The position numbers were made by a program, and so were the translations under genes. The notes beneath the pieces were generated by a model. The model searched no databases, had not been told where the DNA came from, and saw nothing but the letters and a program-made list of their open reading frames with translations. A stretch of 64,000 bases of DNA, from the NCBI RefSeq assembly GCF_022539665.2, contig NC_081331.1, positions 2,418,001 through 2,482,000 on the forward strand, written 5' to 3'. Positions 27,865-40,751 of this stretch are shown piece by piece (position 1 is the first letter of the stretch; every line of letters begins with the position of its first letter). Source of the DNA: Daphnia carinata (taxonomy: Eukaryota).

Positions 27865-28593
27865 ATGTTAAACTCACGGTTTACCTGGTATTTGGTACTG
27901 CTCGTTTCCGTTCATCTGTTCGTCAACGTGCAAAATAGCGATGCCGCCGAAGAGCACCAGAGTGGTCACCGTGTTGTCCGCCAACTCAATTCCCGCACCA
28001 GGTTATTACTCGGAGCAGCAGGATTGGCTGCCTTGGCTGGATCAGTTGGTCTAGTCACTGGCTTGGTTATTGGTAATCGCCATAGCCGACAGCACGATGG
28101 TTTCCGCGTAAAACGATCCGAACTGGGATTCGAAATTGACGAAGCCATGGTTCTCGAAGTCGCCGCCATGGACGAGTCCGGCTGTGGCGCTCGCCTTCTC
28201 TGTGAATTACATCAAGAAGAACCTAGTCAATTAAATGGAACAATCTCACGCAGACTCGTTCAGATTTTTGAGTAAGCGACTCATTTCACCTGAACAGCTA
28301 CCGTTAAAAATGAAATACTAAATGTGTTTAGAACAAAAAAATGTAATGTCTTCATTTCTTACCCTAGCGGCCAACAAGCACCCAACTTTGATCAGCTGCG
28401 GACAGAGCCGAAAGCAGCTTTTCAATACGCTGCCTTTGTTGGGGCCAAGTCAGCCAAGAATTTGAAAATTTGTGCCCACGTCTTCGATCACTGCCCTTTC
28501 AGCGCCAAAATCATTCTTGAAGTCCTGAACATCAAATCCGCGGGATTCGTCCCTGGACAAAGAGAAACAGCGGCAACAGAAGAAAATGATTAG
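27865..28593 (+). CDS. Secreted prepro-protein, paralog B (exons 27865-28271, 28368-28593)
   Basis: Signal peptide MLNSRFTWYLVLLVSVHLFV, RVVR and RVKR sites, 'GCGARLLCELHQ', 'DQLRTEPKAAFQYAAFVGA...LKICAHVFDHCP'. Clear paralogy to 24268-25008. AATAAA at ~28731. Confidence 0.85.
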
Positions 28594-31500
28594 AATATTT
28601 ATTGACATCTAACTTAAATATCATATCAATCGGATTTATCGTGCTATCATCAGTATTAATCATATCATAACGTTCTCTAGTGCACTGAATGTATCGCAAT
28701 ACGCTTAAGTTAATAGAAGCCATGCTCATAAATAAAAGCGAATATTAAAAAAAACAAAAACGGATAGAAGTTGATTCCTTTCTTTAATTGTGATGAAGAC
28801 ATGTATACTCTCTCAACTGTAAAAAGTAAAAATAAAAAAAACTTTGTGCAATCAACCGTCAGCACTCTTCTAGTAGAATGAGTCTTATCCCCTAATTGAA
28901 AAGAAAGGGAAAGAACAACAACCCTGTGGAACGACTTGTGAGTTTACAACCACACTCATATAATGCCTAATTGATCCTATAAATAACGACAAACAATGCA
29001 GCTGCTGCTGAGAGGGGGGGGGGGGGGCTAGCTTGATGATGAAGCCTTTTATAAACAATGCGTAGATGACACTCATAAAATGATAATTCCTCTTCTAGCA
29101 AACATAATGTACGTATACGTGTTGCGCCGACAAGACACAAATGGCAGAAGGAGGGGGGAGGAAAGAAAAAATGTGAAGTGGCGAGTCAAATGACTCAAAC
29201 ACACACAACACAAGTTTGAAGGTTATTCGTAGACCGGATGTTCTTATTCCGTCTGCCATTTCCGTGTAATGTCTAACTAAAGCCGTCCTCATCTAACGAG
29301 TATACGTAATGACGGAAATGAGCTCATACCTGTGATATGCCGACGAGTTGATTCTTTCCACCGTACTATTTCGCTTGTTGGTATTGCCATCTGAATATGA
29401 TGCGGGCATGTTTTTTTTTGTGTGTGTCTGTGTGTGTGGAAATAGGAGCCGTTCTGTTATGCCCCGTGATTTGTAAAGGGTCGCACATGAATCTCAGGTT
29501 CCCGTTGTTACATGCAATCCATCTGAAGCAAACAAGAAAACAAAATAGAAATGAACGGTTGACTGGGAAAATAGAAAAGAGACAATTTTGTGCGGGAAAG
29601 AAAAAAAACATACGGGCGTCAAAGGAGACAGTAAACGCAGAGTCGGTCACGGTTTCGTGATCGGGGCAATCTCTGCTGAAAAGAGCAGCATTTGTCTCCA
29701 TCACCGGTAGTCTGTTCAATGTTCATCACGGTCCGTCACTTTTTTTCACGAAAATTCGTCCGCCGTTGTTTACCGTTAGCTTTCTCGTTTTCTCCTTTGC
29801 AATTCAAATAGAAGAATTTACAGGGAGAAAAAGAAAAACCAAGGGGCAAATCTCAGTAAATCATATGCAATTTCACACAGGGATGAAAATTTGAAAAAAA
29901 AAAAAAAAAAAAAAAAAAAGAAAATTACAACTTTCCCACTGAAGTAGTTTTTAACTTTGCACCAGTTTCTGATCGATGGTTAACGGCTAAAGGAAAAGTT
30001 AATTTATGGCAAGGGCTTTTTACCTTGTGAATCTCCGAGATTTTCCTCTTCTCCTCGGATTGGCCGCAGTGATTCTTTGTCATTAGTAGTAAACCGAGCG
30101 TGGACGGATGAACCGTTAAAAGTCAGGCCAAACTGAGATTTCCGAAAACCGTTAAGGCCTACCGTTCCATTCATAATCCAGGTAATTTATCTAGAGAGGG
30201 CGGAAAAATAGATACTGTTTAGTCGATGTCAATCCCGTAGACAGCCAAAATCAGTCACTGTGCAACAGCTAAGAATGGTTCTGATAATCAGTTAGGCGCA
30301 TAACGGTGACGACCGTTAAATATACGGAAAGCGCATCCACAGCGAAAGAAAGGAAAGCAAATCTGATAGCCGTTTATGTTAACGAAGGAAAGGCAACTCA
30401 TTTTTCTCCCCTCCGTGTCTAGCAAGCCATCTTTCTGGCGTTTAAAAATTATAATTGCTGACAAGTAAACCTTCGTTCACTAATTATAAGCTCTTTCCTG
30501 ACGGCAGCTTGCTAAAAAAAAAAAAAAATATTATATATATAGAGTTTAACCTGACGGTTAATTACTTACTCCGGGTTTACGCAAGGATTTCGTTATTCAT
30601 CGATTGAACAGCGGAAAAGACCCTTTTTTTGTCTGACATTTAACTCAGGTAGAATACTATCTCACCATCTATAGACGACACGAAGATGGTTGGAAATGTA
30701 CACGTCCTAACTCGGCCTTGCTGTCCCATAAATTTAGTCATAAAAAGAACGCGTTCCCACCGAGAAAAATAAAAAAAAAAAAAACTCTCCAACAAAACTT
30801 TGTTTTCGCTTTAAAAGAAACAACATTTTGTTGTCTAATAAAGTAAGTGTTTATATATATTTTTTTTTTTACATTTCTTGGTTCGATCGTTTGGAATTCC
30901 TCAGGCGGCCGTACGATAACAGCTTTGTTTGTGTTCAGTTTTTTTTTTTTTGCTTCATCACATATTCATATGAAAATGTGAGACGCAGCGTCCCGTAGAT
31001 CATCCATAGGGATGCCGATCGAGAAGCAGTTAATCTTTTCACAGGACCCCACTGACAAGTTCACGTTAAAATAAAAAGAAAAAAATACACGCCCAAGACT
31101 TCCCCCCTTTAAAGGATACTGAGTCTAACCCTGCCAAGTACTGTTGATCAAGCTAAGAGAAGCCCCGCCTTTCCAGAAAAAAAACCCAGCTCCAAGTATT
31201 AAAGCAGAAGAGTCGAAAGGTGCGGGGCTCAGTTGGGCGCCATCCGCCAGTGAACATAGTACGGAAACACGAGAGACGAGAAAAGTTGAACTAAAAGCTC
31301 ACGACAATGTTTCAAAAGTACCAACGCACAAAAAAACATGGATATTAACGCATGGAGTACTTAACAAAACCCGCAAAAATGGTGAGCTGTCTATTTTGTT
31401 TTTTCTCCCCTTATACATCCCGTCCTAACTTATTTTTGAAAAAAAAAAAAAAGGAATATGTCGCCCACCGACCAGCGTTCAGTTCTGCTCGATTTAGTTT

Positions 31501-32136
31501 TTGGCTCGGTCGTCGGTTTGGTCGATAGCAGGTGCGCGCCGCATCTCGCATTGGGGTTCAATTAGTTTTCATCGTTCGATTGGGTACACGGTGCGTTAAG
31601 CCACCACGAAGAAACTGCGTTTGCCATACAAATAAAATAATTTTCTACTTAAAAAAAAAAAAAAATGTGTCTTTTCCCGATCATTAAATCCTCTCGAAGA
31701 AACAAGAAGAAGAAGAAGAAGAAAAAACAAAGTATCGGGAGTATGGTTGGTCGTTTGGCCGCACGCGCGCCTACAAAAACCTGTTGCCGTTGAGCCGACG
31801 TAGCGTGAAGTTACGGCTTGTCGTGAATTGCTTGTAAAAATAAAGGGAAGTTTGTTCAAACTCCAAAAGTCATCAAAATGTAAAGATACAAAGGGTTGTC
31901 TCGCTTGTGCAAGTTTCCGGTTTCTAAATTCATCTACACACAAAAAGAAATAGACGAGCAAATGAGTTTGCAGAATGAAATTAGTTCTCACAGCTAACCC
32001 GGGAATCGTGTAGGCAAAAGGACAAAGTTCAATACCAGAACCTCTTAGTTTTTTTTTTTTCTTCACCTGTGTGCACTTTGACGCCAGGGAATATCAGACG
32101 ATTTTCTTTTGTTTGGAAGTCTAATAACAGTTGGAG

Positions 32137-32170
<34 letters not shown>

Positions 32171-33861
32171 AACGCCGCCCTTTGCTCGACGATCTTCACT
32201 TGATTGCCGTGCACGACCTTAGACTTTCTTTCGGGGCGTGTACTTTTCGTTCAGGAACCGAAAGACGGAGGGAAAGAAAAAGAAAAAAAAAAACCAAGAA
32301 CATTTTCTTGCCCTCACGTTATTGTGTAGATCAGAGTAAACTAGGCAACCCGTAGAAGCCCAACACGATAGAACAACATCTACCTTTGCGTAGTGTTTAA
32401 GAATGGCGTGACCCGCTGATTATCTCCAGAGCATTTACGTTTTTTTTTTCTTTTCTTTCCTTACGCTATTCACTTTTCCTCTTTTGCACGAATATTTTTG
32501 TTTTCCTTCCACCCCCATCATTTTTGTTGTCCTGACATTTAGAGGGAAATTTCGTTTTGATCTTCGTATGGTTGTAATATGAAACGTTCGCCGTCAATTT
32601 TTCTCACGGAGGTAAAACGCCGACAGAACGGTGTAGCTCAAAGTTCGTGTAACGCGTAAATTAGTGAAAATGAGCATGCATCACAGCAAAAAAAAAAAAA
32701 AAATGGGGGGGGGGGGAGGGAATATGTGTGCCCGAGGCAGTAAGGAAAAGAAGCCGCCACTGGTATTTGAAATGGCATACAGTCATTGATCATTGGGAAC
32801 GGACACCTGGCAGGGCAAAACAAAAACAAACGACGCGGGTGCCTCTTTTTCGTTTGTTTATATAGGCGAAAAATAAACAAAAAACAAAAAAAAAAGAGAA
32901 CAGGTTTATGCCGTTCGTTTATCAGAATTGATTACTGGAAGGAGATCTATATAAACGGGATTCAAGCGTCGGAGTACGCATAAATTTCTACCGCCCGGTC
33001 TCTTTGTTGTTGCTTGTTAGTATACATTTCTTTCCTTTTTTTTTTTTGGCTGTTAAAAGATTCCCTCATTACGAAGCTACGGTTTTTTTTTTTGCATGCG
33101 TGACTTTCCTTTGCACTGCGGCGAACTTTATTAAGGACAACCTTGCTCTGTCTTTTTTTTTCTTCTTCTTCTTATCAAGAGCAGTATAACCAACATAGAA
33201 GTTTAATGGCTCAGATGGAAACACCTAACTTTCAGACCTCTCCGACTTCATGGCTCCTCTCTTCGAGGGTTTTAAAGTCATCCTCGCAGCATCTGATTAC
33301 ATAAAGTCAGTTTTTTTTTCTTCATCTCTCGCACTCTCAACGGGATATCTTATAAACTGACCATGCGTGAAACCCTTTCGGCAAAAACGAAGGAAAAAGC
33401 GAAAATACAAACAAGAATTCCAACAAAGGGAGAATGTTACAATTCCTTTGTAAACGCACTACGCCGGGGGACTGTGAATTGTAGGAGCCTATCATTTAAA
33501 ATTTGCTTCGTAAATTGTTCACTTCGTTCGCAGATGAAAGGGAAAGAAAACAAAAAAAAAAAAAAGCGAGATGAAAAGGGCGCCATAGTCGTGTGGAGCT
33601 TGTCAGCTGCCGTCGCCAACTAGCACTAACACGAGAAAGAATGACGCGACAGGCATTTCTGAATCATTCGTCAACAGTTTCTTGCCCTTGTCGTAAGAAA
33701 AAATTTAGAATCGCTGAAACGCTTTTGCGACTCGATAGCACATGTGTGTGGCATTCAACAGATGTAGTCGATGAAAAGAAAATTGTTTGTTAAAATTACC
33801 TTGAATACAACATTTTCATGTTTCTTTTTTTTTTTCGTCTGAAAAAAACAAACAGAAGCAG

Positions 33862-34938
33862 TTGGACGGCTGTTGGTGGACTCCAGTTGGAACGAGTCTT
33901 CCTTTGACGAACCCTGTGACGCAATCTCGTAGCGGCGGTACAACCATCCAGTTAATTGCTGCCTTCCTTCTACTGGTCACTGTTGGTCTTTGTTTCGTCG
34001 GTCGGACAACTACCCCGACAGAAGCATCCACGACTGCTGCTCTATTGCAAACGAAGGGACTGTTAGATATCCGTCAATTTGATTATCGACTCAACAGTCC
34101 TCAGATATGTGCTCATGTTACCGTGCAGCCTTTCTTCCTGGCGCTGATCCACTCGAAGGCCAATCATTTTCGGCAGCGACAGGTCATCCGTCAAACGTGG
34201 GCCTCTCAACGCGATCTCATCCGTCACGTCTTCCTGATCGGCCTAGCCGATCAAACGGGACTAGAAGGCACGATGGATGTCCAAAGCCTCCTGGAATCTG
34301 AAAATGCAAAATACAATGACTTGGTGCAGGGCGAGTTTATCGATCATTATCGAAATTTGACTTACAAAAACTTGATGGGCCTCAAATGGGTAGGCCAGTA
34401 TTGTCCGTCGGTGCGTTTTGTTCTCAAAAGTGACGATGACGCTTTCATCGATGTCGTCCAGTTGAAAAAGTTCATCGAGCGAACTTGGCCTAGTGGTCCA
34501 TCCGCTGAAACTTTGATCTGCAATGTCCACGAAGACGCTCCCGTGCAACGTTCAGGTAAATGGGCCGTCAGTCACGAAGAATATCCTTCAAAAACATATC
34601 CGGCTTTCTGTTCCGGCCTTGCTTACGTCATGCGACCTGAGCTGGCCAACAAATTGTTTCGTTCGGCCAATAAGGTTCCGGCTTTGTGGGTAGACGATGT
34701 CTACGTGACGGGACTATTGGCCGCTAGTGTCAACGTGCGACATTTCTACCTGAACCTGCGTTTCACGCACCAGCAAGAGGACGTCGTCCAGTGGCTGGAC
34801 AGCAATCCTCCCATTTCAAACCCCCTTCCTTTCATCGTCTCCGAGCTGGACACGAGCCGACCTGAATGGCCTAGACTGGCCCACCGGTTATGGAATAGAA
34901 CTCGTTCTAGTTCAGATGACGAAGACAGTGATTCCTGA
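33862..34938 (+). CDS. Beta-1,3-galactosyltransferase/GT31 family type II membrane glycosyltransferase (one large coding exon; true start probably in an upstream exon)
   Basis: TM 'LIAAFLLLVTVGLCFVG', 'RQVIRQTWA', 'FIDHYRNLTYKNLMGLKW', 'FVLKSDDDAFID', 'YPAFCSGLAYVM', 'DDVYVTG'. The ORF opens at TTG directly after an AG. Confidence 0.92.
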   Translation: MDGCWWTPVGTSLPLTNPVTQSRSGGTTIQLIAAFLLLVTVGLCFVGRTTTPTEASTTAALLQTKGLLDIRQFDYRLNSPQICAHVTVQPFFLALIHSKANHFRQRQVIRQTWASQRDLIRHVFLIGLADQTGLEGTMDVQSLLESENAKYNDLVQGEFIDHYRNLTYKNLMGLKWVGQYCPSVRFVLKSDDDAFIDVVQLKKFIERTWPSGPSAETLICNVHEDAPVQRSGKWAVSHEEYPSKTYPAFCSGLAYVMRPELANKLFRSANKVPALWVDDVYVTGLLAASVNVRHFYLNLRFTHQQEDVVQWLDSNPPISNPLPFIVSELDTSRPEWPRLAHRLWNRTRSSSDDEDSDS

Positions 34939-35375
34939 AAGACGGATCAAGTGATTTAATACGTATCCTTCAATTCAAAATGTGCCATACACAATTCAAC
35001 CCGCAAGAATGTCAATAATAATACACTTTTAGTATGCGTCCGATCGTCAAAGTGGAGTTTCTTAGATTCATTTTCTTTTCTTTTTTTGTGTGTGTGTGTG
35101 TGTGTGTCGGTTTTTTTCTTTTTATATCCCCCCCGGTCAAAAAGCATACACCCATTGTCGGGCTTTTCTCATTTGATATTTATACCTTTTGATTGTGGGC
35201 TTGAGTGGCGGAGACGTCAAGGTTGTGGTGAAGAGAGAACAGGAAGGAGTGGGCGGAAAAGAGAAATCAATCGGAATGAATGAATAAGGTACGAACAAAA
35301 AAAAAAAAAAGAAGAGGGACCAAACACAAAAAAAAGAGAGGGAGAGGGAAAGGGAATAATAAATAAAGACATCCG

Positions 35376-37707
35376 TCAGGCATCGCCTTTGAACTTTTTG
35401 CCAGCGTTCTTCTTGCTATTGGCTTTGTTGTTAGTGGCATTGGGTTGTTGCTCTCGTCGTCTAGCTGACGAGGAAGTAGAACTAGCCGATGTTGAGGTGG
35501 ATTCGGCAGGCGAGGCCTCGGCGCCGGGTGTGGGTACGTCGTGACTCTGTTACAACAACAACAGCAAACGAAAACAGGCAATCGAAGTCGCACTTGTCTG
35601 TGATGGCGCGCCATTCAAAACTTAATAGAATAAAACCACGCACCTGAGTAGTAAGGAGGGAAGCGATTGAGTCACCTTCATCCCAAGTATCGACGTCTAT
35701 CATCTCCTTGTCCTTGTCGCCCCCAGTGCCGGGCAGGAGATGACTATCCGTTTCTGAATGGTTCTCCAATATGACTTGACGAACATTTTTCCGTTGAGAG
35801 TCCGTGTGTTGAGGACAGCGAAGCGAGCGGGTACACATCCGGCCCGTGTGCTCCTACGACATAAAAGGCGCTAGGTTATGTTCACCCGATTCAGAGAAGG
35901 TTCTATAGAAATGAATATCTACCGAGATGACGCCGCACATGGTGGTAAGAAGCGTCCGGCGTTCCATCAACCCCATCGTCTCCATTGTATTACCACCAGT
36001 TGATCCAGTATTCAAACTATCGCTCCCGTCGGCTCCTGAAAAAAAAAAAAAAGTTTAATTGTCTTCTCAGTAACTGCAAGTCATCGTTGATAACAAGCGT
36101 AGATCACGAGCTGACGACAAGGTCATTTTTGGACATATTCATTTGAGTGCACGATATTTTAGAGGAAAAAAGAAATGTGTTGGAACTTTTCATGCCTAAT
36201 TATTTCAAAAACGAATTTTGTTTTGTCGCCCATAAGAGTCGTTGAGTCCAGCATTAAAAAAGGCAATGAAATAAGTTAACATTCGACGGTGTAATTTTAT
36301 TACCCGGAACTGTAGACGCCGATGAAGCACCTAGGGCCGGATGACCACCTGAGCTGTTGCTGTTGCTATGGTTATTGTCTCCATTGCCGTTGTTCTTCCA
36401 CTTCTTGCGCCTCGGCGAGTTCTTGTCTTTCTTGTGCAAGTGGTGACGACGTTTGTTCTTGCCTCCACCACCGACCCCGCCGCCTTCTCCGCTCATGATA
36501 CGGTGGTCCTGTCTCTCGCCGGCGCCGCTCGCAGTCCAGTCGTCGTCGTCACAGTCGTCATCGCTGACCAAATCAGCCTAATGAATTACCATTCCGCATG
36601 AGTGTGTCGTCCGTACTGCTGTGCGCAATCGATTAAAAACAACGGACCTGTCTGCTGGCCGAAGTGGCGATACGCCTTGAGGCCAATCGTGAACTGTTCC
36701 GTCCCATGCCCATACATTTTTCCAAATGCGGAGCAAAACGGGATGCGGCCATGTTGCGCTGGCAGTTCGGACAGACGCATTCAGCCGGTTTTTTGCTATT
36801 GACCGCTACCGATGATAACATTTCTGACGCCGCGTCGTAATCCATTGTTTCTCCGCCGCCTCCTGTCGATGAACGCGTAGTCTCGTCTGCATCGAAATCG
36901 CATTGTGAATCACCTGAAAATATACGTATATATATGTTTTTTAAACATGGAAGACGAAGAAAGGTCAAATTTTTATTATTATTACGCCGATGATTAGGAT
37001 ACGCCCAGAATTCTAAAAGAACGAAAAAGAAAATTTAACGATCCTGGTTGATTGAATTCGTGCTTTTTACGACTGGTGTTTTATAGTCCACTAGTAATGG
37101 TCTGAAAATAATAAAAACCGGTTGAGATGGAGATTCGACTCGGTTCTCTTCTACTAAGAATAGCCCCAAAATAGCGGAACAGGTTACGGAAGGCCAACTG
37201 CATTCAAAACTCCGGTCTATTGAAAGCCGGACGACTTCGGTGAAAATATAAACGAAAAAACAGGAAACGTCTTTCGACGCGCAAGTGAATAAAGGCATCT
37301 ATCAATCTACGCTTGACTGCAATGGCAATGAGAAATTATGACGTTAAGACGTGTTTCTGATGAATAGATTATTTCCGTTTCGTGCTGACGAGAAATGGAA
37401 TAAATTTACTACCTGTTAGTCCGTCTTCGAGGAGAGCAGTGAGTCCCAATTTGGCGCCGCGGTGGACCTCGAAGACGATGCCTAGGATCACGTCATCAAC
37501 TATGTCGTCGTAGAAAGATTGAGACGCTTCACGAATAGCTGCCTCGCTCAACGGATGGAGTAAAAGCCCACCGCCAGCCTCGTCTTCATCGCCGTCCAGC
37601 TCTTGAGCGTTGCCCAGTGGATCGTCGAGCACGTTCAGCGGAACTACCGTGATCGAAAGTGTTGGGGGCTGTTGTTGCTGTTGCGATCCTGATGCTGGAT
37701 CCACCAT
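35376..37707 (-). CDS. ATXN7L3: SAGA deubiquitination module subunit SGF11/ataxin-7-like 3
   Basis: '[18 protein letters not shown]', Sgf11 zinc finger '[38 protein letters not shown]', SCA7 domain '[23 protein letters not shown]'. Last exon ends KKFKGDA* at 35376. Confidence 0.95.
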
Positions 37708-40038
37708 TTCATGAATTTAGCCGCTATTATTCTAAGCCCATAGAAAAAAAAAAAAAAAAAAAAAGAGAACACGAAAACAAAAGCAGATCATTAATGATAG
37801 CCAGGTGCATTCGATTTGTAACGTCATTGCATCAGAAGCGGCAGTACAAGAAAAATTCAGTTCTCGTGAGTTTGATCTAAGAATTCTGTTCCCCCCTCTC
37901 CTCACGGTTAAAAAAACAAAAGTGCTGACGTCATTTATTTATGAATTCATATCAAATTGAATGTGTCCGACAATCGCTGGATTTTGTTGTCCAGTCACGA
38001 TCGGCTGAGTCAATGTTGATTCTTGTCTTCTTTTTTTTTTTTTTGTTGACTCCAGTTTTCTTTTATCACTCTATTTTTTTGCGGATTCGTTCAGCTTAAT
38101 TTAAACAACCGACGCCATTGGATAGCAACAGGTGCGGGACACATGAAAAAGGAACGACAAACTTGGGTTAGAAAGAGAAATTCGTCACGGTGCTGTAGGA
38201 ATACTGCAGGATACAGGCCAAAATACTTTCTGCCCTTGTCCCCAGTTAGGTGTTTCTCTTTTTCCGTGAAAAGATGAATGATATCATCGAACACCAGGGG
38301 TGGAGTACACACAGACACACCTTATGAAGAAACCAGACGCTTACTTTTGGACGACCTTATAAGGGGAGGAAAAAGAAAGGGGGAAAAACAAAGACAAAGA
38401 GGAAAAAGAAAGGGAAAAAAGGACATGTTGGGCGTTCATGGAAACGCCAAAAAAAAAGGCAAAAAACGGGACACTTTTAAAATTGGCATGACTGGATAAA
38501 ACACAATCAAATTAAATGACCACTGAAGCCTGTTTTTCTTGTCTGTTGCCAGAGCAAATTAAAGCGAATAAAGTTTGCAAGTTTCTTCCATTAGCGCATT
38601 CAAACGGAAATGGCGTTACAACTTGTTTCAATGGAAAAACAATGTCAAATATCGAGTAAAAAATATATATATATGCATTCAAATGTTCCTTTCGAAAGAG
38701 GTCAAAAGATGAATATAGTTGGCCCGAGAGACAGATTGCATAGTAATCACGAGTACCGTTTCAAATGCTGCGATCGTATCATTAAGGGAAGACGGGATGA
38801 CGGATTGCCAAGAAGGCTTTTTACCTCATCCCGAGCTTCGAACACAACAAGGCTTCTAAAAAAACAAAAACACGAACAGTGAAATTTTTATCAAGGACTA
38901 ACCAGCAGCGAGATAGTGTCGCCACCCATCTATTTTGATTGCCCGTTTCACTGTCAGTCTAACCTTCAAAGCCAAGAAAAAGATACCTTGCAACATGAAA
39001 AATAATTAAGAGGGACCCAAGGATATAGTATTTCGAAATTGAAATGGAGAAAAACGTTGTGGTTCCAAAAGGTATAACATTTCCATAACCACATCGTCGA
39101 AGAAATGGTAAACCAAAAACTATGTGCGCCACATTTTCCACCCGAAAAAAATGAACATTGCATTTAGAAATAATGCGACACAATTCACGATGCGCATTCG
39201 ACGACTTTCAATCATCCTGAACACAATTTTAATTTCATTTGTATCTCCCTTCAGGGATTTTTCAAGACGTCTTTGCCGATGGCAACGCATGACTTGTAAT
39301 TGATCGAAAATACCAAGCCTAGCTTTATCAACGGGGCAGGAGGAGAAAATTAAATAAATACTATTTGTCATACTGCATGTAATTTTCTATTTTGGTCATG
39401 GGAAAAAGGAGAGAAAAATCGGTTCAGAGCTACGTCATCTACCATTAAATTAATATAAGCAATTTTATAGGAATTCTTAATTATTCAACCCGGCACACAA
39501 AAGAAATGGAAAAGGCCAGGGGATATTTCTAAAGGCTTTTGACCGCGGGGTGGTGTGGCTGTGGTTATTGTTTCCTAAGAAAAAAAAAAAAAAAAGGCTC
39601 CAACGAAAAGTCGTAATAACCGAGAGCTCGGCCACGATCTATGACCCTAAAACCGCATTACCTTCAACCTCTTTTCTTAGCTCATTCGCTCTCACTCTTC
39701 TTTCCTTGTTTTTCTTGGAACCACCCACAGAACACTACGACAATCTACTACCAAATATGCGCGTGATCGCGGGAAGTGAAGGTCTTGCTTACTTCCATGA
39801 ACTTGCGTTTCCTCCATAACTTCTTAACCTCATCTATTTGGTAAAATCTTGTGCAATTGGAAAACCCACACAGGCTAGCTCTATTTCGAATTTCGCAAAA
39901 CTTTCTGTTTTACGTGCATCTATTACACATCTCAATTTGGCAAAAACAAATGGAGAAAAAAATCGATACTATTGGAAAGCTTTGAGTGAAAGCAACCTGT
40001 ACAGATTTCACATCGATCATGGTAGGTTGGAAGACATA

Positions 40039-40121
40039 ACTAGCGTAGTTTAAATTTAACCTCCAGCTAAAAATATTTCTACTAGCGTAGTTTAAATTTA
40101 ACCTCCAGCTAAAAATATTTC
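40039..40121. repeat. Tandem duplication, 42 bp period, 2 copies
   Basis: ACTAGCGTAGTTTAAATTTAACCTCCAGCTAAAAATATTTC occurs at 40039 and 40081. Confidence 0.9.
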
Positions 40122-40751
40122 CTTATAAAAATAAAAGATCGGACTTCTTCGCCATCTAACGGCCACATGTAGACATTTTCACTGAAAACCATGAATCCCT
40201 TACCCTAAAAGAGAAAAACGAAAAATAGCCGATCGATCCATTGGAACACATGATCCATATATGCAACTAACTCAAGGCCTCTCATTTTCGCCATCTGCTT
40301 TCTACATGTACTCAAAAGAACTTCTTTACTTTCATATGTCTCAAGAAAACTCATTCTCTATCAATTACACAAAACAATGATCAAGTAATGCAACAAGGAC
40401 AACTTACTTGGAGATTTGATCACTAAAATTTCCTGGGCTGATACAAACTCGATCTATAAGAAGCGAACCACCTCGTAAGGCTGAAGTAAAAAAATAAACC
40501 TCAGAACAAAACAAAACGGACGCAATACTTGCGGAGTTTTCTCCGAAGAGGACTGACTCGGCAGTCAACACTATTTGAGAGAAAACTTATTCTTCTATTT
40601 GGAGAAAAGAAAAAGCAGACGACGTGCCTGTGACGCTGTTGCTAGGCGACAATTTGGATTTCCGTAATTAAAGCATTAATGCTCACGACCCAGTATCAAA
40701 TATCAAGGCTACTATTGCGCAAATGTCTAGGCAAACGTATTAATTGTGAAA

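Noticed and set aside
29255..29325. Pre-miRNA-like hairpin (CATTTCCGT...ACGGAAATG)
   Set aside because: Only 9 bp pair; the inner arms are not complementary.
30700..33600. Many 60-150 aa ORFs rich in Lys/Phe
   Set aside because: They derive from poly-A/T tracts and have no recognisable domains.
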